Origin: Octopus vulgaris
Lineage: Eukaryota
Length of the DNA stretch: 64,000 bases
Direction of reading: 5' to 3'
Assembly (NCBI GenBank): GCA_951406725.2
Contig: OX597818.1
Coordinates: 25,482,001-25,546,000, forward strand
Shown: positions 39,544 through 51,404 of the stretch, in pieces
How positions within the stretch are numbered: position 1 is the stretch's first letter
Layout of the letters: each line of letters starts with the position of its first letter
The notes under the pieces: model-generated
What the model was told of the DNA's origin: nothing
What the model saw: the letters and a program-made list of their open reading frames with translations, nothing else
Database searches by the model: none
Position numbers and translations under genes: made by a program

Positions 39544-42500
39544 ATACAAATAACTACAGGGGTATCAAGCTGCTGGATCAGGTAATGAAGGTTACGGAGA
39601 GGGTTATAGCCCAATTAATTAGAGAGAGAGTTAGCTTAGATGATATGCAGTTTGGGTTCGTGCCAGGCAAAAGTACTACTGATGCTATATTCCTGGTAAG
39701 ACAGCTGCAGGAGAAATACCTAGCCAAAGATAAGCCCTTGTACCTGGCTTTTGTTGACTTGGAGAAAGCCTTTGACAGGGTCCCCCGATCCCTTATCTGG
39801 TGGTCAATGAGGAAACTAGGGATAGATGAATGGTTAGTGAGAGCTGTGCGAGCCATGTACAGAGACGCTGCTAGTAAGGTGAGGGTTGGCAACGAGTACA
39901 GTGAAGAATTCCGGGTAGAGGTTGGGGTCCACCAAGGTTCAGTCCTCTGTCCCCTCCTATTTATCATAGTCTTCCAGGCAATAACGGAGGAATTCAAGAC
40001 AGGATGCCCCTGGGAGCTCCTCTATGCTGATGACCTTGCTCTAATTGCTGAGTCACTATCAGAACTGGAGGAGAAGTTTCAGGTGTGGAAACAAGGATTA
40101 GAATCGAAGGGCCTTAGAATCAACCTAGCCAAAACCAAAGTCCTAATAAGTAGGAAGGTGGACCAATCACAAACGACTTCAGGTAGATGGCCCTGCTCGA
40201 TCTGTAAAAAAGGTGTAGGTAGAAACTCTATAAGGTGCACCAAGTGTAAGCTATGAACACATAAGAGGTGCAGCAATGTCCAAGGAAGGCTAACTAGGAA
40301 AATAGTTTTTGTCTGTGGCAGATGCTCAGGAGCAATAAACACTGGAAATGTGCAGAGACCAACTTCTACCACGTTCCAGGGAGACAAACTAGAAGTAGTT
40401 GATAGCTTCCGCTACCTAGGAGACCAAGTCAGTAGCGGGGGTGGGTGTGCTGAAAGTGTAACTGCTAGAGTAAGAATAGCCTGGGCAAAGTTTAGAGAGC
40501 TCTTACCCCTGCTGGTGACAAAAGGCCTCTCGCTCAGAGTAAAAGGCAGACTGTATGATGCATGTGTACGTACAGCCATGCTACATGGTAGTGAAACATG
40601 GGCCGTGACTGCTGAGGATATGCGTAAGCTCGCAAGAAATGAAGCCAGTATGCTCCGATGGATGTGTAATGTCAGTGTTCATAATCGTCAGAGTGTAAGT
40701 ACCTTGAGAGAAAAGTTGAACCTAAGAAGCGTCAGTTGTGGTGTGCAAGAGAGACGGCTGCGCTGGTATGGTCATGTGACGAGAATGGCTGAAGATAGTT
40801 GTTTGCAAAAGTGCTACACCCTAGCAGTTGAGGGAACCTGTAGAAGAGGTAGACCCAGGAAAACCTGGGACGAGGTGGTGAAGCACGACCTTCGAACTTT
40901 AGGTATCACCAAGGAAATGACTAGAGACCGAGACCTATGGAAGTATGCTGTACGTGAGAAGACCCGGCAAGACTAGTCAGGCCATAACCCGTGGCCCCTA
41001 CCTGGGACGTAGTCAGTCCACCTGTGCATACCTTCCTTCTTGTGACACTTGTGAAGACCTGCTGAGGCAAGTGAAAATCAAATCAAAATAGATGAACATC
41101 AATGGAATTTGTATCCTTGTGGTACCAGTGCTGGTGGCACACAAGAAAACCATCCGAACGTGGCCGTAGCCAGTACCGCATCGACTGGCCTCCATGCTGT
41201 GGGCACATAACAAACACCATCCAATCGTGGCCGTTTGCCAGCCTCATCTGGCACCTGTGTCGGTGGCACATAAAAACACCATCCGAAGACCCGGCAAGAC
41301 TAGTCAGGCCATAACCCGTGGCCCCTACTGGGACATAGTCAGTCCACCTGTGCATACCTTCCTTCTTGAGACACTTGTGAAGACCTGTTGAGGCAAGTGA
41401 AAATCAAAAATCAAAATCAAAATCAAAACAAATCAGAATAGATGAACATCAATGGAATTTGTATCTTTGTGGCACACAAGAAAACCATCCGAACGTGGCC
41501 ATAGCCAGTACCGCATCGACTGTCCTCCGTGCTGTGGGCACGTAACAAACACCATCCAATCGTGGCCATTTGCCAGCCTCATCTGGCACCTGTGTCGGTG
41601 GCACATAAAAACACCATCCGAAGACCCGGCAAGACTAGTCAGGCCATAACCCGTGGCCCCTACCTGGGACGTAGTCAGTCCACCTGTGCATACCTTCCTT
41701 CTTGTGACACTTGTGAAGACCTGTTGAGGCAAGTGAAAATCAAAACAAATCAAAATAGATGAACATCAATGGAATTTGTATCTTTGTGGTACCAGTGCTG
41801 GTGGCACACAAGAAAACCATCCGAACGTGGCCGTAGCCAGTACCGCATTGACTGGCCTCCGTGCCGTGGGCACGTAACAAACACCATCCAATCGTGGCCG
41901 TTCGCCAGCCTCATCTGGCACCTGTGTTGGTGGCACATAAAAACACCATCCGAAGACCCGGCAAGACTAGGCACCTGTGTCGGTGGCACATAAAAACACC
42001 ATCCGAAGACCTGGCAAGACTAGTCAGGCCATAACCCGTGGCCCCTACCTAGGACGTAGTCAGTCCACCTGTGCATACCTTCCTTCTTGTGACACTTGTG
42101 AAGACCTGTTGAGGCAAGTGAAAATCAAAACAAATCAAAATAGATGAACATCAATGGAATTTGTATCTTTGTGGTACCAGTGCTGGTCACACACAAGAAA
42201 ACCATCCGAACGTGGCCGTAGCCAGTACCGCATCGACTGGCCTCCGTGCCGTGGGCACGTAACAAACACCATCCGATCGTGGCCGTTCGCCAGCCTCATC
42301 TGGCACCTGTGTCGGTGGCACATAAAAACACCATCCGAGCGTGGCCGTCTGCCAGCCTCGTCTGGCACCTGTGTCGGTGGCACATAAAAAACACCATCCG
42401 AGCGTGGCCGTTCGCCAGCCTCGTCTGGCACCTGTGTCGGTGGCACATAAAATCACCCACTACACTCTCGGAGTGGTTGGCGTTAGGAAGGGCATCCAGC

Positions 42501-42618
42501 TGTAGAAACACTGCCAGATCTGACTGGCCTGGTGCAGCCTTCGGGCTCCCCAGACCCCAGTTGAACCATCCAACCCATGCTAGCATGGAAAGCGGACGTT
42601 AAATGATGATGATGATGA
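39544..42618 (+). mobile_element. RTE-type LINE, 5'-truncated, with a 4x tandemly amplified 3' UTR segment
   Basis: ORFs 39537-40256 and 40350-40976 (RT, PHD; TGG>TGA at 40254), stop at 40976, (GAT)n tail to 42618. Confidence 0.95.
40958..42340 (+). repeat. ~330-bp tandem repeat (4 units plus a 53-bp mini-unit) built from the LINE stop/3' UTR
   Basis: GAAGACC(C/T)GGCAAGACTAG restarts at 40958, 41285, 41620, 41952 and 42005. Confidence 0.93.
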
Positions 42619-42744
42619 TACTCATTTTAAAGTGTTCACAACTAAAACATTCTATCAAAATGTAATGTAAGGAAAATAACAAAGTTATTTGTTTTACTAA
42701 ATCCCTCTAAATTCTTGATTATTTTAAAAAATTGAAATACATAG

Positions 42745-43125
42745 GCCCAGGCATGGCTGTGTGGTAAGAAGCTTGCCTCCCAACCACATGATTCAAGGTT
42801 CAGTCCTACTGCATAACATCTTGGGCAAGTGTACTATAGCCTCAGGCCAACGAAAGCCTCATTAGTGGATTTAGTTGATGGAAACAGAAGAAAGCCTGTC
42901 ATGTGTGTGTGTGTGTGTGTGTGCTTTTTTCTGTTTGTCCTGTACCACTGCTTGGCCATTGGTGCTAGTGTGTTTACGTCCTTATAACTTAGTGGTTCAC
43001 CAAAGAGACCAATAAGTACCAGGCTTTAAAAAAATAAATAACGAGGTTATTTCATTTGACTAAGAAATTCTCTAAGTCAGTGCCCCTGCATGGCTGCTGT
43101 CTAATGACTGAAACAAGTAAATAAA
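42745..43125 (+). mobile_element. tRNA-derived SINE (family A)
   Basis: GGCATGGCTGTGTGGTAAG head, GGTTCAGTCC, TTGGGCAAGT, (TG)n, tail GACTGAAACAAGTAAA. Confidence 0.8.
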
Positions 43126-43254
43126 AACAAAAAATAGATAAAAAGACAGAGTGATCCCTTAGCAATATCATCTTCAAATAATTACAGCTTTTATTAATGC
43201 TGAATTTTTTAACCAGTTTCTTTTTAAAGATTTATCTTAATTTTCTTTTTCTAG

Positions 43255-43621
43255 ATTTTAGTTTGGTGGTTTGCAACCAAAATGTCCAGTTCTCACAGTG
43301 GTAACAGTAACCATGTGAATCGCTGCAACAGCAACAGTAGTGCAAATGCTTCCCAACATGCAGCAGCCAGTTTCTGTGATGAAATTGTCACACTATGGCG
43401 ACTGGCTGCTCTAAACCCAAAACTGTCACCTATCCAACGAGACGATCTATGCACTAAATTCCGAGATTGGCATATATCCACAATTGACAAAGTCAAAAAA
43501 ATTCGTGGTTCAAGCTTTGGCATACCAGTTAGCCTGAAGAAGACTGATATTGAAAATTTCTGTGGGTTTAAACCAGCAGTTGAGGCTTGTTCATTGGACT
43601 GGGAAGAATACAATATTCCTG
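43255..43621 (+). CDS. ZSWIM8: ZSWIM8 coding exon
   Basis: ctag|..|gtagg; ILVWWFATKM..HAAASFCDEIVTLWRLAALNPKLSP..FCGFKPAVEACSLDWEEYNIPG. Confidence 0.96.
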
Positions 43622-43764
43622 GTAGGTTTTTTATAATAATTTCTTCCTTTAAAATTAATATATATGTTTAAAATTAATATATATGTTTAAAATTAATATA
43701 TATTATATTCCAGCAAATTAAAGTTGTTTCCCTGCTTGAATTTATTGTTATATGAATAAATTCG

Positions 43765-43910
43765 TAGTGGATGGCATTATGAAGGGCATCCAGTCATAGA
43801 AACCATACCAAATTAGACTGGAATCTGGTGTTGCCCCTTAGCTTACCAGCCTTGGTCAAACTGTTGAACCCATGCCAGCATGGACAATGGATGTTAAATG
43901 ATGATGATGA
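43765..43910 (+). mobile_element. RTE 3' tail fragment
   Basis: GAAGGGCATCCAG..CCCATGCCAGCATGGAC..AATGATGATGATG. Confidence 0.7.
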
Positions 43911-44027
43911 ATTAGGAATGTCTATTTAGCACATCCATAGAATTCTCTTATGTCCAGTTATAAGTATTCCAAAGTTTATTTTAATTTTTTTTTATCTAGT
44001 AGCTTCTTATTCTTCTCATTATTATTA

Positions 44028-44485
44028 AGGCAGCGAGCTACCAGAATCGCTAGCACACTGGACGAAATGCTTAGCGGTATTTCACCCATTGCTGCATTCT
44101 GAGTTCAAATTCCGTCAAGGTTGATTTTGCCTTTCATCCTTGCAGGATCGATAGAATAAGTACCAGTGAAACACTGACGTTTATGTAATCAACAAGTCCC
44201 CTCCTCCCCAAATTTCAAGCCTTGTACCTTTAGTAGAAAGGATTATTGCAATTATTGTATGTATGGTGGCAAGCTGGCAGAATCGTTAGCATGCTGGGTG
44301 AAATGCTTAGCAGTATTTCATCTGCCGCTATGTTCTGAGTTCAGATTCTGTCATGGTCAATTTTTGCCTTTCATCCTTTCGGGGTCAATAAATTAAGCAT
44401 CAGTTATGCACTGGGATCAATGTAATTGACCTGTCCCCTCCCCAAAATTTCAGGCCTTGAACCTATCATAGAAAGGATTATTATT
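44028..44485 (+). mobile_element. Two tandem tRNA-derived SINEs (family B, Meta-domain-like core)
   Basis: Units ~44028-44245 and ~44266-44485, each with GCAGAATCG.TAGC, GAGTTCA(A/G)ATTC, GCCTTTCATCCTT..GGGTCGAT..AATAAGTACCAG and tail AGAAAGGATTATT. Confidence 0.8.
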
Positions 44486-44777
44486 ATGTTTGTATTGTGA
44501 AGTTTTTTTGTTTTGTGTTAGTTTCATCTAAATTGTATGTCTCATAATAGGCTGGATCCATTAAAGTATTTCAGTTAAGAAGCATCATATACATGATGTG
44601 GCTAAAACTAATTTATCTTATTTCAGCATTACACATATTTCTTATAATGTAAAATGTGTCCAATTCATGCTAACAAGCTTAAAAAACAGGATTTTAAAAT
44701 TATGGTAGATATGATAGGTACTTAATTTTCTTAAATAATTGTATATATATTTTTTAATTAACTGGCATGACTAGCTG

Positions 44778-44942
44778 CAGGCATGGCTGTGTGGTTTGAA
44801 AAGTTTGCTTCCCAAATACACTATTTTGAGTTCAGTCCTACCACTTGGTTCCATGGGCAAGTATCTTCTACGATAGTCCCCTAGGAAACCAAAGCGTTGT
44901 AAGTGGATTTGGTAAATGGAAACTGAAAGAAGCCTGTTGTGT

Positions 44943-44992
<50 letters not shown>

Positions 44993-45236
44993 ATGTGTCT
45001 CTTTGTGTTAGCATCGTGATATTTTTAAATAATGAAAGTTGTAATGTCACAATCATATAAGCAATGTCATTCCTTGCCAATATACTGTGAAAACATGTCT
45101 GGCCATGGGGGAAATTATTACACTGCTTAGAAACGTGTGAAGGTTGACAACAGGGACAATATCCAGTTGTAGAAAGTCTACTTCAGTAAACTCTGTCCAA
45201 CCCATTTAAGTGAATATGAAAACAATGATGATGATG
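44778..45236 (+). mobile_element. tRNA-derived SINE (family A head) with RTE-type tail
   Basis: GGCATGGCTGTGTGG head, GGGCAAGT, internal (TA)n(TG)n, tail ATCCAGTTGTAGAAA..GTCCAACCCAT..ATGATGATGATG. Confidence 0.72.
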
Positions 45237-45461
45237 TACATTTATTTTAAAGTTTCTTGCTGTTGGTGGTCTAGTGGAAATAACTAAACATTCAGTTTCA
45301 TAACAGTAGTGCCTCGTGTTGTTCACAATTAGTATTATACAATTCTGGTTGTTATATTTCTATTACAATGCTAATACTCCTCATTCTGTTTACAAAAATT
45401 TATTCTACACCATAATCATAACATATTTTTGCTGCATAAGCCTGTTTGGCATATCTACATA

Positions 45462-46729
45462 CGAGAGATAGTAAAAAATTATACACATTCTTGTTTTTTC
45501 AATGTATTTACACAAAAGCAGGGGATAAACAAGTACGTCATTTTTCTATATAGTCACCTTCCTTTTCAATGCACCTGGTCCAGCACTCCACAAGCTTATG
45601 TATTACCTCAAAGAAGAAGGTTTTCAGTTAGCCATGCAACCATTTACACACCGCTTCCTTCACATTTTCATCTGTAGGAAATCAATGACCTTGTAAACCA
45701 TCTTTGATCACTCCAAAAATATTATAGTCAAAAGGGGCAAGATCTAGGCTGTAGGCAGAGTGTTCCAGCACCTCAAAACCCAATGGTTTAAACAGTCTGG
45801 GCAGCCGTGTGTGGACGTGCATTGTCATGCATCAACAAAACCTTCTTTGACAAGAGGCTTCGTTGTTTGGTACAAATTGCTGGCTTCGGTTTGTTGGCCA
45901 GAAAAGCACTGTTGGTCATACACCCCTTTCCAAGGTAGTCTTCTAGTATAGGCCCTTTTGAGTCCCAAAAAAGAGCGTCACCTTTCCTGCAGAAGACTGA
46001 GTCTTGAATTTCTTCATTGCTGGTGAACCAAGATGTTTCCACTTCATACTCTGCCTAATAATGATGGATCCACGTTTCATCTCCTGTGACTATTCTTTTC
46101 AAAAATTCCTTACCTCCATTGTTATAGTGATCAAGTAAACAGCAGATCTCAAAACATTTGCACTTGTGCTCTGCAGTAAGTTCCCATGGCATCCATCTTG
46201 CACAGACTTTATAGAAACCGAGGTCATCATGGCTGATTTGAAAGGCAGAACCATGATTAATCTGCAGAGAACAAGCTACCTCGTTGATAACTCGCTGGTT
46301 CACCATTACTATCTCTCAAGCTTGCTGAATCTTCTCGTCAGTGGTGGAGGTTGATGGGCATCCTGCTCTCTCTTCATATGTCACACTTGTCCAGCCACTT
46401 TTAAATTTCTCAATCCACTCATACACACTTCTACACAGTAGTGCACTGTCCCTATATAGTGTTAAAAGCCTCCAATGAATCTCAGCACTTGACACATCTT
46501 CTGACCAGAGAAATCAGATCACTGCTCTTAGTTCTTCTTCGGTGCACATTGCAAGTGGAATAGCCATGCTTACACTGTAAAGCCAGGGAAAAAAATGGTG
46601 TAATCAGGCACAAACTTTGATCACATGACCACAGTATTACCAACTATAAGCATGCATGCGTAGAAAGCAGTGTGATGACAATAAAGATATGTTATGGCGA
46701 AAGAGCGGATAATTTTTGCATTCCCCTCA
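45462..46729 (-). mobile_element. Mariner (DD34D-type) transposon, full length but decayed
   Basis: ~1.27 kb; minus strand CARWMPW, IVTGDETWIHHY, MHDNARPHTA, YSLDLAPFDY; degenerate ~28-bp TIRs flanked by TA (45460-61 and 46730-31). Confidence 0.85.
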
Positions 46730-46868
46730 TAGAAATGGGTGATACTGTACACACAAAAATGTCACTAAAAATGTGTGTTTTGTTATTGTTTAGTTCAGTA
46801 GATAATGTGTTAATTATTGTAATGTGTAATGTTGATTGTTTAATGTTGCTGTTTTTGTCTTGTTACAG

Positions 46869-47599
46869 GTATAACATACTCAGAGGGTCTTGGCACTCAG
46901 TATCACATTAGTCGCATCCAAGAAACAGAGACTAAAAAATTATCTCGAGTACAGACTGTTGCAGTTTGTTCACAAGATCTCATCAGTTCAGATTCTTCAA
47001 CACGCTGCACCCATCCAGCAATGAATTTTGACCCAACAACTGGCACAGACCTCAGGGAACCTCATTACTTTTTCAAAAGCATTCCAGGCCCTGGTTTGAT
47101 GTCTTTTGATGTTGGCAACATGGATTCTGTTCTGAGTTCTGGTTCTGAGGGATTTTGTGAACCAGATAAATCAGACACTGAAACAACTAGGAACTCGAGT
47201 AGCAGCAATGGAAAGAACAAAGTCACACACCAAGAGAGTATCGATAACTCTGAGTATAGGGGTAACTGTCAAAACTATAAAGACAAGAACTTAGTTGACT
47301 CTGTAAAATTTTCTGTGGTTGTGTCAGATACAAATGGTGACTCAGATGCCTCACTTCCAGGGACATCTGGCTGCCAAAATGGAGCTAAGACTTCTGCACA
47401 TTCTGAGCAAGGAGGAGAATCACCGCGCTTAGAGCCCAGTCTGTCTGCAGAGTCCCAGCCATCAAGTGATGAATACCAGTTGTATTTTTATGATACTAAA
47501 GTGTTGGTTAAATCATCAGAGTCTGAGAAAAAGAAAAAAGACAAAACTGAGGAACCAAATTACTTCTTTGGTCTGAAGACTAGCTACAGCAAACAAGAT
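46869..47599 (+). CDS. ZSWIM8: ZSWIM8 coding exon (731 bp, largely low-complexity/disordered)
   Basis: tacag|..|gtaagt; begins GITYSEG (continuing ..IPG), open throughout, contains SSGSEGFCE and SSDEYQLYFY; phases 1/0 fit. Confidence 0.9.
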
Positions 47600-47736
47600 G
47601 TAAGTATCATTCAGTTAAAAAATTAATTTTTCGTATAACTTCATTCTAAAATTAGTTAATATTTTTAAATGAGCTTGAACTCCTATCTTTATTTTTTGTA
47701 TATAAAAATAAATTTTAGTTTGTAACTTTTTATTGG

Positions 47737-50144
47737 TTGCCAATGTCCAGCAACGTGAGGACCAAAGAACTGAGATATTTCGGATTGCTAGACAGTGTGT
47801 GAGAGAAAATTGTGATGTCACAGGAGAGAAATGCATCTACATGGATGATGGTGCACTTGCTTTTAATGTTTCTGAAAAGAAAGAGGCTTGGAGAAGCCAT
47901 TATGAGAGACTGCTGAATGTGGAGAATGAATGGAAGGAGGAGAGCCTGCCAAATGTTGACCCAGTAGAGGGACCAGCTATCCCAATAGACAACTCCCTAG
48001 TAGATAAAGCAATTAAGAGTATGAAGCCAGGAAAAGCCCCCGGCCCATCCAGAATTACTGCTGAGTTGCTTAAAGCATCTGGTGGTGTGGGCTATGGCCT
48101 AGTCACCTATTGTAAACCAGGTAGTTCATAATGGAGTCATACGCAATGATTGGTGTAGCAGTACCATAGTTAACTGCTACAAGGGTAAAAGTGATGCTCT
48201 AGATAGAAATAACTACAGGGGTATTAAACTGCTGGATCAGGTGATGAAGGTCACAGAGAGGGTCATAGTCCATCTCATTAGGGAGAGAGTCTGCTTAGAT
48301 GAGATGCAGTTCGGTTTTGTTCCGGGTAGAAGCACTACTGATGCCATATTCCTGGTTCAACAACTGCAGGAGAAATACCTAGCTAAAGATAAACCTCTCT
48401 ACTTAGCTTTTGTGGACTTGGAGAAAGCTTTTGACAGGGTCCCCCAATCCCTTATCTGGTGGGCAATGCAGAAACTGGAGATAGATGAATGGCTAATAAG
48501 GGGTGTACAGGCCCTATACAGAGAGGCCGTTAGTAAGGTTAGGATTAGCAACAAGTATAGTGAAGAATTCTGGGTAGAAGTAGGGGTCCACCAAGGTTCA
48601 GCCCACAGTCCCCTTTTATTCATCATAGTCCTCCAGACAATAACTGGAGAATTCAAGACGGGTTGCCCCTGGGAGCTCCTCTATGCTGGTGACCTGGCTC
48701 TCATAGCAGAATCGCCACTAGAACTAGAAAAGAAATTTCAGGTGTGGAAGCTAGGTTTAGAATCAAAAGGCCTTAGAGTAAATGTAGCAAAGACCAAAGT
48801 TATAGTAAGTTGGAAGGCGAACTCATCACACACCCCCTTAGGTAGGTGGCACTGCTTGATCTGTAGAAAAAGTGTAGATAGAAACTCCATAAGATGTACC
48901 CAGTGTAAGCTATGGACGCATAAGAGGTACAGCAACATCAAAGGAAAATTAATTGAGAAGATAGCTTTCGTGTGTGGCAGATGCACAGGGGCAATAGACA
49001 CCATTGATACTCAGAAAACAGATTCCATTACACTCCAAGGGGAGAAACTAGAAATAGTTGATAGTTTCCGCTACCTAGGTGACCAAGTTAGTAATGGAGG
49101 TGCATGGTCAAAGAGTGTCACCACTAGAATACGAATAGCCTGGGCAAAGTTTAGAAAACTTCTACCCCTACCGGTGATAAAGGGTCTCTCGCTCAGAGCG
49201 AAAGGTAGAATGTACGACGCATGTGTGCGAACTGGCATGCTTCACAGTAGTGAAACATGGACTATGACTGCAAAGGACATGCATAGGCTTGAAAGAAATG
49301 AAGCTAGCATGATCCGTTGGATGTGTAATGTCAGTGTGCACACATGACATAGTGTAAGTGCCCTGAGAGAAATGCTGGACATAAGAAGCATCAGATGTGG
49401 AGTGCAAGAGGGACGTTTGCGCTGGTATTGTTATGTACTACATATGGATGAGGAGAGATGTGTGAAGAAGTGCCACTCCTAAACTGTTGAAGGAATCCGG
49501 GGTAGAGGTAGACCCAGGAAGACATGGGATGAGGTGGTCAAGCATGACCTTTGGACGTTGCGCCTCACAGAGGCAATGACAAAAGACCGAGATCTCTGGA
49601 GATATACTGTGACTGCAAAGACCTGACGAATAATGTGAGTTCATGGCTGTTTCCTGCACCAGTTTCACATAGCAGCCCCAGTCCATCCAAAGTACCTTGG
49701 ATCACAGAACGGCCTGCTGTGCTTACCTTTGATCATAGGGTGACCTGCTGTGCTTGAAGAGACCTATTGAGTCAAGTACATCAACATGAAAATAAAAAAT
49801 CAAATGGAAATTGTAGTTGTGATACCTGTGCCGGTGGTACGTAAAAAACATCATCCGAACGTGGCCGATGCCAGCGCCACCTTGACTGGCTTCCATGCCG
49901 GTGGCATGTAAAAAGCACCAACCGATCGTGGCTACTACCAGCCTCCCCTGGCACCTGTGCCAGTGGCACGTAAAAAGCACCCACTACACTCACGGAGTGG
50001 TTGGTGTTAGGAAGGGCATCCAGCTGTAGAAATACTGCCAGATCAGACTGGTGCCTGGTACAGCCTCCTGGTTTCCCAGACCCTGGTCGAACTGTCCAAC
50101 CCATTCTAGCATGGAAAACGGACGTTACATGATGATGATGATGA
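47737..50144 (+). mobile_element. RTE-type LINE, 5'-truncated, more diverged subfamily
   Basis: ORFs 47733-48131 and 48241-49347 (FVDLEKAFD, YAGD, PHD-like finger, FRYLG); 3' UTR repeats; (GAT)n tail at ~50130-50144. Confidence 0.93.
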
Positions 50145-50166
50145 CATTGAATTCAACATGTTTTAA

Positions 50167-50575
50167 CCCTCAGCATTCTAAACAGCAAGATGTACCCTCA
50201 CACACCTACACTACATTGTCATTCTAAAAAGAAACAGTCACATCATTGAAATCTTGAAGTTATGGCACAATGCACAATTAATTTTAAAAAGTGAACAAAT
50301 AGGCATTACATTTGATAGAGTAATCTGAATGCTAAAGGGGTTAAGATGCAGTTTAACCCTTTAGTGTTCAGATTATTCTATCAAACATAATGCTTATTGA
50401 TTCCCATTAATTTGAATTAATCATGCATTATCTCATATCTTCAAGATCTTGATGGTGTAATTACTTAACGTAGTATAACATTGTAGGGCCGGTGTGAGAG
50501 CCTGGATTTGGTCAGTTTGAACATAAAACAGATTAAATATTTTGGCCGGATATGGCCGGTTTAAATACTAAAGGG
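50167..50575. mobile_element. Two adjacent, oppositely oriented piggyBac-like MITEs (50167-50340 and 50357-50575)
   Basis: Each is bounded by TTAA|CCCT...AGGG|TTAA; the end of the first is the reverse complement of the start of the second. Confidence 0.75.
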
Positions 50576-50768
50576 TTAAGAAATTTGTGTAGTTAAAATA
50601 TATGAATTATATAAATGGTACAAAACTTAATTTCTCTCTCTCACTCTCTCTCTCTTCTTTCTTTCTAATCACTTATAAACTAAATTTTGTATTTCTTGAG
50701 TATAATTCTGAAATATATAAACTAAATTCAAATCTGATTGCGAGTGCTTCAAACTGTCATTATTGCAG

Positions 50769-50910
50769 ATTTGGTTTGCACGTGCTGAAGCATTACATAC
50801 ACATGGACATAATAAAGAAGCATGTAAATTAGCACAAAAATTAGCTGAAGAAATTCTTGCAAATCCTCCAGATTTCTTAGCTGAGGCTAACACAATATCA
50901 GCTCCTAAAG
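50769..50910 (+). CDS. ZSWIM8: ZSWIM8 coding exon
   Basis: tgcag|..|gtaatt; IWFARAEALHTHGHNKEACKLAQKLAEEILANPPDFLAEANTISAPK. Confidence 0.95.
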
Positions 50911-51001
50911 GTAATTAATACCTATGTTGTTTAATTCTAAATTGAGATATTGTGGCTTTTTCCTTTTTTCATAAGCTAATTTGTTTGTCCTTCTCTTTCA
51001 G

Positions 51002-51177
51002 GAAAGAAGAAGAAGCTGCAAAATAGTGTTAGTCTGTTAGCTAGTCAAACTCTTGCAAAAGCTGCATTCTTGTGTAATGTGCTCTCTGAAGACCCTGACT
51101 GTTATCCATTAGCCTTCAACATTGCTATGTTTGGCTTAGAAATGCCTCGGCCTCCTGCATCTAACAAAGTTTTGGAG
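51002..51177 (+). CDS. ZSWIM8: ZSWIM8 coding exon
   Basis: tcag|..|gtatga; GKKKKLQNSVSLLASQTLAKAAFLCNVLSEDPDCYPLAFNIAMFGLEMPRPPASNKVLE. Confidence 0.95.
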
Positions 51178-51404
51178 GTATGATATTCATGCTACATTTT
51201 TGTTGTTGCTGAGGTTTTTTTTGCTTTTTTTTCTCTAATCTTCAACTTTTTCTGTTTATGCAATGAATTGTTCTAGGTTGATACAACATGTACCAATTTC
51301 AAGTGCAAAAGTCACAAACTGAGTTAATTGTTAACTGGGAGACTGACTAAGGGATGATTTGATCTCCCCCAGTTAACACTATAAAATATAAATTTTAATG
51401 AACA

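Noticed and set aside
43648-43703. 19-bp AT-rich tandem repeat (x~3) and small duplications at 36809-36850 and 38391-38430
   Set aside because: Ordinary slippage duplications with no sign of function.
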